DNA of 64,000 nucleotides from Parcubacteria group bacterium GW2011_GWC1_45_13 (GTDB lineage Bacteria; Patescibacteriota; Minisyncoccia; UBA11713; 2-01-FULL-45-33), in contig LCKG01000001.1 of the NCBI GenBank assembly GCA_001001285.1, forward strand, positions 39,223 to 103,222, read 5' to 3'. The notes under the pieces were generated by a model. The model was not told where the DNA came from. It did not search any database and worked only from the letters and a program-made list of their open reading frames with translations. Within the stretch, counting starts at the first letter, position 1, and the number at the start of each line of letters is the position of its first letter. This document shows, one piece after another, positions 1 through 9,223 of the stretch. A program made the translations under genes and the position numbers.

Positions 1-12
1 AATAAAACAAAA

Positions 13-513
13 TTGCTCAAAGACGCGCTTATAGCATGGCTCAAAGAACATTCCGAGCTCGCCAGATTAACAGAGAAATACGCTTTGCGGTCGGGAGAGA
101 TTCGCCGCAGTATGCCCATTGATAAAATGATTGAGGTGGGAACAGTTTTATTTAAAAACCACCTCAAAATTCTTCACGCGGTATGCCGCGCCTACAACGC
201 GCGGCATTTGCAATTCCTGCAACCGTACTTGTATAGAAAAAAAATACTTGCCCCGGAAGAGCAGAAAATAATACATCTCTATGATGATTTAAGGCCTGCA
301 CACAGAGGAAAAAAGACTGGAGATTTTCTGCGCAGCCATAATATCTATTCTTCCATGCTCGGCGAAATACAAAATAGTCCCGATTTGTTCGGCCAAACTC
401 ATGATCTCTGCGACCTATTCATGGAAGAGCGGGACGCAAGATTTTATACCCTTGTGCATCTTAATGACGCCGGCTACAATGAAGTGGCCAGAAAAATACA
501 CAATTTTTTATGA
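13..513 (+). CDS. Hypothetical protein, probably 5'-truncated by the window edge
   Basis: 166-aa ORF; its first codon is TTG and the frame is open back to nt 1, so the true start probably lies upstream of the window. No recognisable family motif. Confidence 0.4.
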   Translation: MLKDALIAWLKEHSELARLTEKYALRSGEIRRSMPIDKMIEVGTVLFKNHLKILHAVCRAYNARHLQFLQPYLYRKKILAPEEQKIIHLYDDLRPAHRGKKTGDFLRSHNIYSSMLGEIQNSPDLFGQTHDLCDLFMEERDARFYTLVHLNDAGYNEVARKIHNFL

Positions 514-616
514 AACGCCTTATCATTTTCTTATTAAAACTGCTGAAAAAAATCTTTAAGGGCCCGAAAAAAGAACAATACGTCCGCGGAAGAAGCGACG
601 AAATTTATCCTTTGTA

Positions 617-2353
617 TTAAATTACCCTGTATAAATAAATGTTGCCGGACGATGCGGCGCCCTGAAGCCCTTGCACAAAATTCAAATTCCACTCCGGATA
701 AAGATTTTTGTCCCAAATTATGTAATTTACTCCGTATTTTTTTAAAAGTCCGTTCATGGCGCTGTTGTTTGCCAATTTGGAGTAGTTCGCCGAAAGTTCT
801 GCGATTAATTTATCTCTTAAGGGCCCGATGATTGTTTTATCATTAACCGCCTTGCCGGTATAGTCATAATAATCCAGCCCCGACTTAAAACCCTCAATGT
901 GCCGGTAAAGCCCCTCATACAAAGAGACGCTGTTTGTATTTTCTATTTCGCGGCGCAGATAGCCGGAAAAATCTCCACGCGCGTCTTTGTTTATGTACAT
1001 ATACGCGTATAGCGCATCGCTGAAGCGGCTGAACGGCGTTACACTCGCAACCGCCGTCGGGTGCCAAAACAAATCATGGTTTGTATAAATTGTAACCAAA
1101 TAAGCCAGATAGTCGTTATCCGCAAAAACGACCCCCGGATTTGGGTCTTTTTGCAATTCCGCAATTATGGGCCGGTAGAGCTGTTCGTATTCTTTTCCCG
1201 GCAAAGACGTAAAAAAGGACCTATACTGCCCAAGTGCGCCGTGCAAAAACACAGCGGCCAGCACAAACGCAAACAGCCATTTGCGCCACGCGAAATTATC
1301 CAGCAGTTTCCATAGCATATACAAACCGGCAAGAATGGAAACCGGAACAATGAAATACCAGTAGTAATGCCCAATCTCCACAACCCTGCCGGTAATTATT
1401 TGCTGGTTTAAAGAAATCCAGCCGGCCAAAATTAATCCGAAAATCAGGATAACGTTGGGATCGTTTCTTTTTTTATAAAAAAAGAATAACAGCAACGCCA
1501 GCGTAGCCGCGCCAATCTTGCTAAAAATCGGCCCATAAGTCTGGCTAGACCAGCTGAAGTAATAAATCTGCCGGCTAAAATCGGAATTAAACAGCGTCCA
1601 CATCCGCATTAAGTTGTAAAATCCCAGAAGAAGCCCGATGCCGGAAATAAATATTATTGAACGGGCAAAAACCCAATCGCGCTTCCAAAAATAAATTAAA
1701 AACAGCGCGCCGTTTAAAGCCAGCGCAAAAGTCCAAGCAAAAACATAAATATAAAACAAGAGACCCAAAAAAGTCGCGGAAAGCGCTTTATACGCAAATC
1801 TTTGCGTTTTCAGCCAAAGCGCCAGAAAGTTCAGATAAGCAAAAAACGCCAGCGAACTTATATAGGGATACATTGGTCGCCCGTATATATTAAAGTCGTT
1901 ATAAAAAAATTGCCGGTAGACAATGTGGTAGCCTCCGATCGCAAATACTGCCGCAACAGCGGACAAAAGCTTGTTGCCGGAAAGTTGCCAAACAAAAAAA
2001 TAAGCAAGTAAAATCAAAATAAAAACTCCGATAAAATTATAGATGTTATACAGAATTACAACGTTGATTCTATCAGCAAGCCCCAGAAATCTTATCGGCG
2101 CGGTAAGAACCCGCTCGTTATACATAAAAAAAGCATCCTGCTCGTTTTTGCCCTCCCGCAAAAACACATTGCCGAGCTTGCGCCCCTCCAAGGCCTCTTT
2201 GGCACGGCTTAAATAAAAGTGGGAGTCGGTGCTGAAATGCGGGATATTGATGCCCTGATAATTCTTTGAAACAAATGGGAACACCAAAAGCGGCGCCTCA
2301 ATTAAAAGCGTCAACAGAAGCCCCAAGATAATAATCAAGCTGTGTTCACGCAT
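617..2353 (-). CDS. Polytopic membrane protein with a large C-terminal soluble domain (GT-C-like architecture)
   Basis: 578 aa with about 10 predicted hydrophobic helices in the N-terminal two-thirds and a hydrophilic C-terminal domain. ATG start at 2351-2353 overlaps the stop of the upstream aminotransferase. Its context among GT2/GtrA genes suggests a polyprenyl-P-sugar-dependent glycosyltransferase. Confidence 0.45.
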   Translation of the reverse strand: MREHSLIIILGLLLTLLIEAPLLVFPFVSKNYQGINIPHFSTDSHFYLSRAKEALEGRKLGNVFLREGKNEQDAFFMYNERVLTAPIRFLGLADRINVVILYNIYNFIGVFILILLAYFFVWQLSGNKLLSAVAAVFAIGGYHIVYRQFFYNDFNIYGRPMYPYISSLAFFAYLNFLALWLKTQRFAYKALSATFLGLLFYIYVFAWTFALALNGALFLIYFWKRDWVFARSIIFISGIGLLLGFYNLMRMWTLFNSDFSRQIYYFSWSSQTYGPIFSKIGAATLALLLFFFYKKRNDPNVILIFGLILAGWISLNQQIITGRVVEIGHYYWYFIVPVSILAGLYMLWKLLDNFAWRKWLFAFVLAAVFLHGALGQYRSFFTSLPGKEYEQLYRPIIAELQKDPNPGVVFADNDYLAYLVTIYTNHDLFWHPTAVASVTPFSRFSDALYAYMYINKDARGDFSGYLRREIENTNSVSLYEGLYRHIEGFKSGLDYYDYTGKAVNDKTIIGPLRDKLIAELSANYSKLANNSAMNGLLKKYGVNYIIWDKNLYPEWNLNFVQGLQGAASSGNIYLYRVI

Positions 2354-3419
2354 TTAAAATTTTGGCTATCTGCGCTACTTCTTCCTTTTTCAAAAATGGA
2401 TGCATTGGAAGAGAAAAAATTTCTTTGGAGTGTTTTTCTGCGTTAGCAAATCTGCCCTTATAGTTAAAAATCGGCTGATTGTGGAGCAGGAGAGGATAAT
2501 GAATTAATGTTTGAATATTCTTCTTTTTCAGCACTTTCATTAGAGAGTCGCGGTTTTTTGCGCGCGCGACAAATAAATGATAGACATGTTCGTTTTCATT
2601 ATTTACTTTCGGCAAAATAATGTTTTTATTTGAAATCAATTTCCCGTATAATTTAGCGGTGTTTTTTCGCTTTTGATTCCATTTATCTAGATATTTCAAT
2701 TTAACGCTTAAAATTGCCGCTTGTTTTTCATCTAAACGGCTGTTGATGCCGAACATCGCGCTGGTTACCCGGTCGTGTGCTCCATAAAAACGCAGGGCGC
2801 GCAATTTTTTATAATGGCCTTCGCTATTTGTTGTTACGGCTCCTCCGTCGCCGTAAGCGCCCAGATTTTTTGTCGGATAAAAACTAAAACAGCTGAAATC
2901 CCCCCAGCCGCCGACTTTTTTGCCGTTCCAAACAGCCCCGTGGGCCTGCGCGCAGTCTTCTATTAAAAAGAGCTTGTGCGCTTTCGCAAGAGCCCTTAGC
3001 TTTTCCATATCGCAAGCCCGCCCATAAAGATGCACGGGCATTATCGCTTTTGTCCTTTTATTTATAAGCGCGGGGATTTTATTTATATCTATCAAAAAAT
3101 TTTCATCGGAGTCGCAAAAAACCGGTTTTGCCCCGCTCATTTTAACCGCCATAGCGGTCGCCAAAGCGGTGTTTACCGGAACGATTACCTCGTCTCCCCG
3201 GCCGATGTCCAAAGCAAGCAAACTCAAATAAAGAGCGTCCGTGCCGGAAGCGACGCCCACGGCATATTTTACGCCGCAATACTTCGCGAAATTTTTCTCA
3301 AAATTTTCAACCTCCGGGCCCAAAACAAAAACTCCGCGCCTCAAAACTCTGTTGATAGCAGAATCAATTTCTTTTTTTATTGACTTATATTCCCTAATAA
3401 AATCTACGATTTGAATCAT
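2346..3419 (-). CDS. DegT/DnrJ/EryC1/StrS-family PLP-dependent sugar aminotransferase
   Basis: Motifs VFVLGPEVENFEKNFAKYCG, GVASGTDALYL, DEVIVPVNTALATA and SFYPTKNLGAYGDGG (the Lys-containing PLP region). The start was moved to the internal ATG at 3417-3419 (MIQIVDFIREYK), which is the typical N-terminus for this family. The ORF-track start at 3596 adds a 59-codon extension that is atypical for the family. Confidence 0.85.
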   Translation of the reverse strand: MIQIVDFIREYKSIKKEIDSAINRVLRRGVFVLGPEVENFEKNFAKYCGVKYAVGVASGTDALYLSLLALDIGRGDEVIVPVNTALATAMAVKMSGAKPVFCDSDENFLIDINKIPALINKRTKAIMPVHLYGRACDMEKLRALAKAHKLFLIEDCAQAHGAVWNGKKVGGWGDFSCFSFYPTKNLGAYGDGGAVTTNSEGHYKKLRALRFYGAHDRVTSAMFGINSRLDEKQAAILSVKLKYLDKWNQKRKNTAKLYGKLISNKNIILPKVNNENEHVYHLFVARAKNRDSLMKVLKKKNIQTLIHYPLLLHNQPIFNYKGRFANAEKHSKEIFSLPMHPFLKKEEVAQIAKILNA

Positions 3420-3544
3420 GTTATGAATTTTTAAAATTGAGTAAATACACATCGCACATAAACCATATAGCCAATTCTTCGCTCGGCGGAAGTTTAGTTC
3501 CGCTAAGAGCGTTTTAACATTGCCGAGATATTTGGCTATATTGT

Positions 3545-3895
3545 TTAAGACGCCCTGCCTGCTGATGCCACAACTAATTCTGCTTTGGGATTGCATTTAT
3601 AAAGTTCTTCCAAAAAATTCTCAAGCTCTTTTTTAGAAAAAAGATAAAAAACTTCGTTGGCCACCATTGCATCAAATTTAACTTTTCTCCAGTCCGCTAC
3701 ATCGCTCAAATCGGGCAGAATGTCATAACCCACAACATTATTTGGCAAAAGTTTTTTTAGTTCGCCCTTTCCGCAGCCGAAATCCAGCACGCGCTTATTT
3801 TTTAAGCCGCCGATTTTTATTATTGCCTTTAAAATTCTGCGGAAATATATCCCTTTCAGGCCAGCGTAATAATCCTCATGAAAATCTTTTGCCAT
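3545..3895 (-). CDS. Small class I SAM-dependent methyltransferase-like protein (possibly truncated)
   Basis: Glycine-rich SAM-binding motif VLDFGCGKG, acidic motif II VVGYDI and motif III FDAMVANEVFYLF are present. At 116 aa it is shorter than a complete Rossmann methyltransferase fold. Confidence 0.5.
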   Translation of the reverse strand: MAKDFHEDYYAGLKGIYFRRILKAIIKIGGLKNKRVLDFGCGKGELKKLLPNNVVGYDILPDLSDVADWRKVKFDAMVANEVFYLFSKKELENFLEELYKCNPKAELVVASAGRAS

Positions 3896-3896
3896 T

Positions 3897-4286
3897 TTAT
3901 ATTAGCTTAGAAAACTCATCATAATTCCTGATATAATCGTCCTCGTTATAATAATCGCTGGCGACTACCAATGTAACACAATCTTTAGAAAATTTACTCA
4001 TTGAATGCCAAACTTTTTTCCTAAGTAAAACGCCCTTGGCGGGGTTATTCATAAAAATGCTCCATTTTTTGCGCCCGTCATCCATAGAGAGTTCAAAAGA
4101 GCCATTTAAGCAAAAAATGGCCTGCTCTAATTTTTTATGTGCGTGCATTCCGCGCACGACCTTTGGACTTACGACATTGCTGATAATGTAGAATCTCTTT
4201 ATGGCAAATGGTATTTGTTTTCGCGCTTCGCCAACATATAAATTCCCTCTACCGTCTTTTTTGAAAATAAGTTTAGTATTCCACAC
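3897..4286 (-). CDS. WxcM/FdtA-like dTDP-4-keto-6-deoxyhexose 3,4-ketoisomerase (cupin)
   Basis: Motifs RGMHAHKKLEQAIFCLNGSFEL and VVASDYYNEDDYIRNYDEF closely match the FdtA/QdtA isomerase signature. Apparent GTG start. Adjacent to the DegT aminotransferase. Confidence 0.7.
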   Translation of the reverse strand: MWNTKLIFKKDGRGNLYVGEARKQIPFAIKRFYIISNVVSPKVVRGMHAHKKLEQAIFCLNGSFELSMDDGRKKWSIFMNNPAKGVLLRKKVWHSMSKFSKDCVTLVVASDYYNEDDYIRNYDEFSKLI

Positions 4287-4947
4287 TATGCTCGCCGGTT
4301 ATAATTTCAACATTACTAATCAAAGGATTATTTTTTAATATTTTTACTACTTCGGAAGATTGGAGAACATCCTTTAATTTAATGGAAAAACTATAACTAT
4401 TGATATCCACGCCGTGCGTCCGCACTTGCAATAAATTCAGAGAATCCAAATATTCAGATAGGGACTGGTTTACCGCCTCAACATTAAATTCATTTTTGGC
4501 GTTAAAAGTAAGTATTAAACCAACGCCGCTCGTCATGCTGCCGACATTAAATCGATTAAGCGCCAGAAGAATCAATGAAACCATAAACGTAGAGATTAAC
4601 GCTATGGAATAATTTCCGGTACCAATGGCAATACCGACAACCAGCGCAAAAAATACAAAAGCTATGTCTCTCGTTTCTTTTAAGATAGTCCGGAAACGAA
4701 TCAGGGAAAAGGCTCCGAGCAGCGCGAAGGCGCCAATCAGATTATTTCGCACAATCATCATAATTACCGTGCCCAAAACCCCCACCATTACCGTAGTAGA
4801 TATAAAAGACGACGAATACGAAAGGCCTTTATGGGTTTTTTTGTACACCGCCGCTATCGCTATTTGCAATAAAAAAGAAAAGATTATATTCAGCGCTATA
4901 ACGGCTGGACTAATCTCGACCGAAGCAATGCCAAATAAATTATTCAT
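4273..4947 (-). CDS. DUF4956-family membrane protein
   Basis: Four to five TM helices and the conserved FSLIRFRT segment. It pairs with the VTC-domain gene immediately upstream, which is the usual partnership for this family. Confidence 0.6.
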   Translation of the reverse strand: MNNLFGIASVEISPAVIALNIIFSFLLQIAIAAVYKKTHKGLSYSSSFISTTVMVGVLGTVIMMIVRNNLIGAFALLGAFSLIRFRTILKETRDIAFVFFALVVGIAIGTGNYSIALISTFMVSLILLALNRFNVGSMTSGVGLILTFNAKNEFNVEAVNQSLSEYLDSLNLLQVRTHGVDINSYSFSIKLKDVLQSSEVVKILKNNPLISNVEIITGEHSVEY

Positions 4948-4950
4948 AAA

Positions 4951-5640
4951 TTATCTCATTAGAGGATTACATCTATTAAGTACGTCGACTGATTTTGTAT
5001 ATTTAGAAAATGGCTCGCGGGAAAGATTAAATCTGTAAATCATATCCTTAAACCACCAAGGCATCGCTTTTTGAAACTTAATCTCCATGACGATAGACTC
5101 TTTGCAAACCGGGGCCATATTGATATTATCCACAAAATCATTCCATCTACAAGTCTCTAAATCGCTGTCAACCGTAAGGCGGACTCCTGAAAACAAATTG
5201 TCCTTATAAGCGTCTCTTTTATATCTGACAATTATGTGCGGCTGATAATTTTTTATTAAAGATAAATATAAAAAATCTTTTTGGCAAGAAAAAAGGTCGC
5301 CCTTCTCCAAAAAAATTTTTAATCTGTCTTCGTCAATATTATGCCTTTTTTTATTTGTACTCATGTCACGCTTCTCCTTAATTTCGAGCCACGCTGTTTT
5401 AGCGTCATTAAAAGTCTCGCAATAACTTCTTAGCCGCAGTTTTCTTCTGTATTTATTGCCCGCAAGTTTGTCATAGTAGTCGCTAAGCATTGGGGTATCA
5501 AAGTAAAGGCTCGTAACCACATAGTGGCCGTTGCTTGCGGGGTCGTTCCTGATTCCTATTTTATTAAAATAATTTTTTAAAATGGGTGCTACGGCAGCAT
5601 CAAGAACATATTTAAATTCGAAACGATTGTCATTATTCAT
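4951..5640 (-). CDS. VTC-domain (CYTH-like, polyphosphate-polymerase-like) protein
   Basis: N-terminal RFEFKY, YVVTSLYFDT and RRKLRLRSY motifs are characteristic of the VTC/CYTH-like domain found beside DUF4956 and CotH genes. Confidence 0.65.
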   Translation of the reverse strand: MNNDNRFEFKYVLDAAVAPILKNYFNKIGIRNDPASNGHYVVTSLYFDTPMLSDYYDKLAGNKYRRKLRLRSYCETFNDAKTAWLEIKEKRDMSTNKKRHNIDEDRLKIFLEKGDLFSCQKDFLYLSLIKNYQPHIIVRYKRDAYKDNLFSGVRLTVDSDLETCRWNDFVDNINMAPVCKESIVMEIKFQKAMPWWFKDMIYRFNLSREPFSKYTKSVDVLNRCNPLMR

Positions 5641-5651
5641 ATATCTGTTGA

Positions 5652-7379
5652 TTATAATTCCAGCGAGTTTAAATTATTAACATGAATTGTAGGATCTAAT
5701 TTTGATCCCGTTACCTCATTGAACATTGTAAATGATGCGTCCGCGCTGTCAACCGCATAAGGAATCTGGGCGACTACAAAAAATCTCTTGCGGGTTACCT
5801 GAAGAATTATAGGGTTACCAGGCCCGTTGCCTGTTCTGTTAGAATAAAGCATTAAATTCAATCCCTGCGCCGACAACACATTATTTTTGTATTCCAAAAC
5901 AGAGTTTTTTTTGTCAGCCGCGTCAAATATATTATTATTATTCGCGTCTTCGTACAATTGAAAAGTGTGCGCCGGATTAAGATTTCGCAAGGATATTTTA
6001 AATCCGTTGAAATTTATCGGACTTGCTCCTTTATAAGTAAAATTGATGGCTATTGCGGCTATGGAAGCCGGCCGCAGTGAAATGCCGACAGACGCCTCCG
6101 CATTGTCCAACTGCTCGCGCAAAAACGCGTAATTGCTCCCAATGGTGGAACGGTCAGCATCTATTTTCGCTTCAGTCCGGGCGTTGCTGTTAAACTTAAC
6201 GGAATCGCTAAAAATGGCCGAATCCACCCTATCCGCAATAGTGTCAAAATGAGCCAAATCGTCAGCAAGATTATCGTCGTTGCCCACATAGGCCCAAAGG
6301 CGCTTGTTGCGCTCAAGCAAAAATTCGGGATTAGCCAAAATGCGCGCGATTAAAGGATTATTATTGAAATCCATCCCATATATTTTTGCCTCGCGCGGCC
6401 TGCCCAAGGTAGCAGCCCAGTCATATAAAAAAACATCCCACGGAATAAAGAAAAATTTTCCTTTTTCGCGGTTGAAAAACAGGCGTATATTATGACGGGC
6501 ATCTTGATGCGTACTGCCGGCAAGCAAGGAATGAATATGCCAGCTATAAAAATTGTCAGCGTCTATGACAGTAAAAATTTTGTTAACAAATTCGTCATTG
6601 GGAGCGTCGTTAATCAAATACAGCAAATATTCCAAGTCGGCGTAATTATTTTCCTCTCCGACAACGCTCACGTACTTTTTCCAGAACGCGGTTGAGGTGA
6701 AAATGGGGTCGAGAACGCCGATTTCTCCGTATAAATTTCCGTTATCAGTTCCGAAATGCCTTTTTAAAAATTCTTTTGTCCATCCTTCTTTTTGCAAATA
6801 TACCATCTCCGGGCCGTCGTTAATTTTTAAAATCACGAATTCTCCTTCTCCGGCGGGCGTTGGAAGGCCCAATTTTTTCGCGCGATACGGGTTTATGAAT
6901 CCATCTTTAAATTCGGGGAGAACTAATTTAATCTCGGGATAGCCGTTAAACAATTTTCCGTCTGTAAATTCTATATTCCACGCTTTTTTCTCAAAAAGCC
7001 AATTCGGATAGGTGTCGCCTCTAGGGCTAACCTTGACGTTTCTTTCCACGCCATCGTAAACCAATTTAGCTGGAACCTTGATTATATCATCTTCGTCTAA
7101 AATCTGGTCGGCGGTATTCGGCAACGCGTCTTTGAGTTTTTGATAATCATTATCTTGTATATACAATTTGTATATTGACAAAGAGTGGGAACGAAAGGAA
7201 TACTTTAAATACGGAATATTCCTTACAGCGTCTATTGTATTTCTGATAGGCCTGGGCAAGCCGGCAATAACTTGCGATCTGGGAATATCGTAAAAATAGG
7301 CATATATGAGAAACGTGGCCAGCACAAAAGCAAATAACGAAATCCCGCCCCAAACGTAAAAAATGATGGACTTTTTCAT
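5652..7379 (-). CDS. CotH-family protein (atypical kinase fold), N-terminally membrane-anchored
   Basis: N-terminal TM/signal region followed by a CotH-like domain (YRAKKLGLPTPAGEGEFVILKINDGP, DNFYSWHIHSLLAGS, FFFIPWDVFL). ATG at 7377-7379 overlaps the upstream stop (ATGA). Confidence 0.75.
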   Translation of the reverse strand: MKKSIIFYVWGGISLFAFVLATFLIYAYFYDIPRSQVIAGLPRPIRNTIDAVRNIPYLKYSFRSHSLSIYKLYIQDNDYQKLKDALPNTADQILDEDDIIKVPAKLVYDGVERNVKVSPRGDTYPNWLFEKKAWNIEFTDGKLFNGYPEIKLVLPEFKDGFINPYRAKKLGLPTPAGEGEFVILKINDGPEMVYLQKEGWTKEFLKRHFGTDNGNLYGEIGVLDPIFTSTAFWKKYVSVVGEENNYADLEYLLYLINDAPNDEFVNKIFTVIDADNFYSWHIHSLLAGSTHQDARHNIRLFFNREKGKFFFIPWDVFLYDWAATLGRPREAKIYGMDFNNNPLIARILANPEFLLERNKRLWAYVGNDDNLADDLAHFDTIADRVDSAIFSDSVKFNSNARTEAKIDADRSTIGSNYAFLREQLDNAEASVGISLRPASIAAIAINFTYKGASPINFNGFKISLRNLNPAHTFQLYEDANNNNIFDAADKKNSVLEYKNNVLSAQGLNLMLYSNRTGNGPGNPIILQVTRKRFFVVAQIPYAVDSADASFTMFNEVTGSKLDPTIHVNNLNSLEL

Positions 7380-9223
7380 TTGATATTTATGATATTTAAA
7401 ATTGATAATTTATCTTTTTCATATTCAATTCTCACCCCATCCAAAATATTGCCGTCTATGTTGGCAACCCCTCCTCCAAATACAGATTTTTTTTGGTAGG
7501 CGGCAATCCCCACGCGGGAATCCCGTATAATATTTCCGACAATCTCAGCTTCCGAAGAATCTTTTACCGCAACGCCAATATCGCAATTACTTATCAAATT
7601 ATTTTTTATAATCGGCTTGGAACTTTCTCCAACGCTAATTCCTTTGTCCGTGCAGCCGTTTATTTCGTTATTTGTTATTGATACGTCGCTCCAGCTTAGG
7701 TCTATGCCGTCTCCGCCCACGCCGTAACCGTTATTGTAAAACTTGTTGTGAGCCACGACAGTTTCCGGCGGACTCCAATCAATGTCTACGGCGTCTGAAA
7801 AATTATCGCCAAAAAACGAGTTAGTGACGCTCGCTTTCCCGTATTTGATGTTAAGCGCGTCGTCGTCTCCGGCATTTTTAAAAATGGCGTTAGTTATTTC
7901 AACATCGGCATTATGAAACGCAACCATGCCGGTAAACACTATGCCCTTTATCAAATCTCCAGACCCCCCGTTAAATTCTATGTTATTTAGAACGCTTTTG
8001 CTGTCCGCTGTATGAACTACTGCGAAAGACCCCCAGGCTTCATAGGGCGAAACTCGAAGGAAGCGGATTGGCGCTCCGTAACCAGTGTCCGCAATTATCG
8101 GGCTGTAAGAAACAATAGAAATTCCTTTTTTAAGATAAATGACCGTTCCCGGGTCTATAATTACCCGCAAATAAGGCGGGATAATAATGTCATTTGCTAT
8201 GACCTGAACGCCGGAAAGCGCCACGGTGTTTTCTCCCCGCCAAGCGAACATAGAATTTTGAGCTACAAACTCGCGCGCGCCGGAACTTAACGAAGCGGCG
8301 TCTTTCTGCTCCGCGCTGTGTTGACCGGCGGGCCGCGATATCAATTCAGCTGCAGAAAAATTATCCGCTATCGTCCGCCGAGCATCTTTAACTTGCTTTA
8401 AAAAAATAAAATTATTTTGTTCTTTTCCAAAATCGCTCAAGAACGCGCCTCTTGTTTCCTTATAAAGAGAGTCGTAAAACCGCAAATCGTTACCGGCTTG
8501 CTCTTGTATATATTCTCTTAAGATTTGATTGCGCTTTTCTCTGAATTCCGTTATTGAAAAAATTCTCTTTGCCAAAATTGACTTTTCCGAATAATCATCT
8601 TGAAAGCGGCGGAGGCTCATATCAGCGAACACCATCTCTAATTTACCGGTGGCAGTATTGAAAATCATTTCCGTAGTTTCAAAATCTTCCCCGGCATACC
8701 CGGACAAAATAGCCAGCGCACTCCATTTATAAAACTTATCCAAATTTATCAGTAATCCTATGGCCGTTTTAAATGCTTCGTCATCCGCGCCGGCAACTGC
8801 TTTCATTAAAGCCGCGAATTTTTCCGGGTGATCGGTAATGCGCGCGATCTCGGCATTATCTGGCACCCTTTCCCCCCGTTTAATTGTTGAAGTCCAAGAA
8901 TCCGACACAAGAAAAATTCCGCGATCCGACCCGTCAACAAATATTTTCATGAAACGCGCCCCCGGCGTTAAAAGGCCCAACTTTTGAGCCCGGTATCTGT
9001 TTAGAAGGCCGAAATAATAACTTTGTTCTGACGGCGAACTCAAGATTTTGTCGACATTTCCGCGTGAGGAATCAATGCGCAATTCCGGCAAGCTGTCATT
9101 AGGGAATAAAAGATAAGGGAAAAAGAAGACATCCGGAAGCTTGCTTAATGAACGATAAAAAGGCGAGAGAGCAAACAATAGCGCACCAAACAGCAGCAAC
9201 AAAATAAGTTTATTTCTCTTCAT
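7376..9223 (-). CDS. CotH-like domain fused to a right-handed parallel beta-helix repeat domain, with N-terminal signal/TM
   Basis: The N-terminal half is paralogous to the adjacent CotH (YRAQKLGLLTPGARFMKIFVDGSDRG, DKFYKWSALAILSG). The C-terminal roughly 200 aa has reiterated beta-helix repeats (NNGYGVGGDGIDLSWSDVSITNNEINGCTDKGISVG and similar). Confidence 0.65.
   Translation of the reverse strand: MKRNKLILLLLFGALLFALSPFYRSLSKLPDVFFFPYLLFPNDSLPELRIDSSRGNVDKILSSPSEQSYYFGLLNRYRAQKLGLLTPGARFMKIFVDGSDRGIFLVSDSWTSTIKRGERVPDNAEIARITDHPEKFAALMKAVAGADDEAFKTAIGLLINLDKFYKWSALAILSGYAGEDFETTEMIFNTATGKLEMVFADMSLRRFQDDYSEKSILAKRIFSITEFREKRNQILREYIQEQAGNDLRFYDSLYKETRGAFLSDFGKEQNNFIFLKQVKDARRTIADNFSAAELISRPAGQHSAEQKDAASLSSGAREFVAQNSMFAWRGENTVALSGVQVIANDIIIPPYLRVIIDPGTVIYLKKGISIVSYSPIIADTGYGAPIRFLRVSPYEAWGSFAVVHTADSKSVLNNIEFNGGSGDLIKGIVFTGMVAFHNADVEITNAIFKNAGDDDALNIKYGKASVTNSFFGDNFSDAVDIDWSPPETVVAHNKFYNNGYGVGGDGIDLSWSDVSITNNEINGCTDKGISVGESSKPIIKNNLISNCDIGVAVKDSSEAEIVGNIIRDSRVGIAAYQKKSVFGGGVANIDGNILDGVRIEYEKDKLSILNIINIK

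Noticed and set aside
1061-2011. Several 60-120-aa ORFs antisense to, or overlapping, large well-supported genes (for example 1061-1315, 1657-1893, 1802-2011, and many similar ones throughout the ORF track)
   Set aside because: They lie entirely inside confidently assigned genes on the opposite strand or in an alternate frame. Their composition is low-complexity or basic, as expected from AT-rich antisense sequence, and they contain no family motifs.
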